A stretch of DNA of 64,000 bases from Oculina patagonica. Lineage: Eukaryota. Location: NCBI RefSeq assembly GCF_052425735.1, contig NC_135758.1, forward strand, positions 35,712,001-35,776,000, written 5' to 3'. Position 1 is the first letter of the stretch; each line of letters begins with the position of its first letter. Both the position numbers and the translations under genes were made by a program. Of the stretch, positions 62,642-64,000 are shown piece after piece. The notes beneath the pieces were generated by a model that was given only the letters and a program-made list of their open reading frames with translations, was not told the origin of the DNA and ran no database searches.

Positions 62642-62827
62642 GATCTAATGTATATGAAATAATTCATATATGGACTGCGGATGTATATGAGAGTGATAAA
62701 TGATCGTCGCAGTGAATTTCCAATCTAAGCACGGGTTCGAATCCCGTTGAAGCCCTGAATTTTTTTCAGGCTTCTTTATTCCAATTGCTTAAATTGGAAA
62801 TTCACTGCGACGATCATTTATCACTCT
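62642..62827. mobile_element. Palindromic element with Pol III B box and 13-bp TSD, nested in E4
   Basis: TSD catgctactgtat at 62629-62641 and 62828-62840; ~45-bp inverted arms (62687-62730 / 62786-62830); gggttcgaatccc inside. Confidence 0.75.
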
Positions 62828-63206
62828 CATGCTACTGTATATTGACTGAATGCTCTCGACCAATCACATGTTTCAAAGTAATTCTAATGTATAATAATTC
62901 ATAATGATGAGTGATTCATAAGATGAATGTTTGTATCTTGAAGCAGCCAGTTCCTGTTCACCTTGATGAAATAAGGAAATTACCCGGCATGTGGACTCAA
63001 CTAGACTCATACAATAATATTGTGGGATAAAAAAAAAGGCAACATTTATTGGCCGTTAGGGACATCTCCGGAATATATCGCCTCGCACTTGCTCTGAAAA
63101 GTACACCACATTCAGCAAAAGTGATAGCGTTCAACAAAAGCTGGATTAATTGCTAGTCCTGCTCTTCTGCTCATTAAAATCGACAAACGTCGAAACGTCA
63201 GTTGAA

Positions 63207-64000
63207 ATGGAAAATTGGTTCAACATTATCGGCTGGCTTCTTTCAATCGTAGCAGCAGCAGGAAATGGCTTTGTAGTCTTTCTTGTCGCCAAAAATCGCC
63301 GGCTGCATTACTCGGCCAACTGGTTCGTCCTTTCATTGGCAGTGGCCGACTTTGGAGTCGGAATCGCTGTTTTTCCATCGAGTTATTTTTGTATTAACTC
63401 AGTGGCATGTAATTTAAGGGTGTATAGCGCATTCTTCTGGTTCTTCCTCCACTCTTCGGTGACAAATCTTTGCGTCTTGACTTGGGATCGTTACATCGCC
63501 ATCGTTAATCCTTTCAAATACAATACCTCCATGACTAAAAGACGCCCTGGAATGGTTATCTTGGCAGCATGGTTAATTGCCTTCTCGACAACGCTGTTGC
63601 TTTTTGTGGAAACCTACGCCGTAGAGTCCAAAACTGTCCAGAAAATTTTACGAATAGCTAGCGTGTCCGTCTTTGACATAATATCCTGCGTGCTGCTCTT
63701 CTATGCCGTTGTTCGTATCCTAATTGTTGCACGTGCACAGTCACACCAAGAAGCGGCGATAGAATTGGAGGTTCAGTCTAGCCTCTCATCCACTGAAGCT
63801 GCAACTTTACGCAGACGTAAAAAACACAGCTCAGCTCCCTTCATAACTGCCATTGTCGTGTTCTTCTTGGGATGCTACATTGTGGCAATTTCTTTAGTTT
63901 TGTGTTTTACTTTTTCTTGCCAAGTGTCTGATATTGCTGGCCAGGTCGTCACTTGTCTCTTAGTTATGAACTCCGCAGTGAATCCTCTGGTCTACGCGTT
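63207..64000 (+). CDS. GPCR copy 15, type-B ECL2, truncated by the window end (absent from ORF track)
   Basis: gttgaaATGGAAAATTGG at 63207; collinear with copy 13 and apparently open through ...VMNSAVNPLVYA at the window edge. Confidence 0.9.
   Translation, partial: MENWFNIIGWLLSIVAAAGNGFVVFLVAKNRRLHYSANWFVLSLAVADFGVGIAVFPSSYFCINSVACNLRVYSAFFWFFLHSSVTNLCVLTWDRYIAIVNPFKYNTSMTKRRPGMVILAAWLIAFSTTLLLFVETYAVESKTVQKILRIASVSVFDIISCVLLFYAVVRILIVARAQSHQEAAIELEVQSSLSSTEAATLRRRKKHSSAPFITAIVVFFLGCYIVAISLVLCFTFSCQVSDIAGQVVTCLLVMNSAVNPLVYA

Larger units (their letters stand above)
61935..62900 (-). mobile_element. Element E4: decayed Crypton-like element
   Basis: Minus-strand ATG at 62512: MAERFASVSEEELKILIDN-(fs)-KDFKNTKRTTKTSVK-(fs)-ILNDYLREKNLEEPQDKTALANVLTK; accaatca at 62859; GA-punctuated hairpin arm 61938-62010 with the inner right arm missing. 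Confidence 0.75.
52400..63206 (+). repeat. Segmental duplication of the spacer upstream of copies 14 and 15
   Basis: 52400-55870 aligns to 57440-63206 (e.g. 54242/60136), the second copy carrying extra insertions. Confidence 0.9.

Noticed and set aside
153-63397. Recurrent overlapping and antisense 60-90 aa ORFs in GPCR genes (MVQHY..., MRCTP..., MRAQQ...)
   Set aside because: Shadows of the conserved GPCR frame; mostly non-ATG starts, and recurrence reflects paralogy
145-64000. Gene symbols such as ADORA2, HRH2, TAAR or ADRB
   Set aside because: No D3.32 or other orthology-level signature; the family appears lineage-specific

Overview
AT-rich eukaryotic (animal) genomic DNA. The repeat families resemble those of stony corals/anthozoans, which is an inference. 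The window is a head-to-tail, all plus-strand tandem array of small class A (rhodopsin-like) GPCR genes with intronless CDSs of about 270-330 aa. There are 9 complete, apparently intact copies, 1 in-frame-deleted chimeric copy, 1 open copy cut by the window end (63207, missing from the ORF track), 1 frameshifted copy that may be an assembly artefact, 2 clear pseudogenes and 3 tiny relics. The array shows birth-and-death evolution: a 3,139-bp unequal-crossover duplication with a mappable breakpoint, mosaic copies, two ECL2 subtypes and a 149-bp upstream VNTR. The spacers are full of non-autonomous mobile elements: TIR/MITE and foldback elements, SINEs, LINE 3' ends and a Helentron-like element carrying a Pol III unit. 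The most striking signal is a set of five sequence-unrelated elements with long terminal hairpins (three largely complete, two partial). These are punctuated by tandem GA/GA mismatches and, where the apex survives, closed by GCA triloops, so they should fold well on one DNA strand only. Three of them retain a decayed ORF resembling the N-terminus of Crypton/DUF3504 tyrosine-recombinase proteins, always on the strand opposite the GA-bearing strand. This suggests an animal tyrosine-recombinase system that uses folded ssDNA ends.
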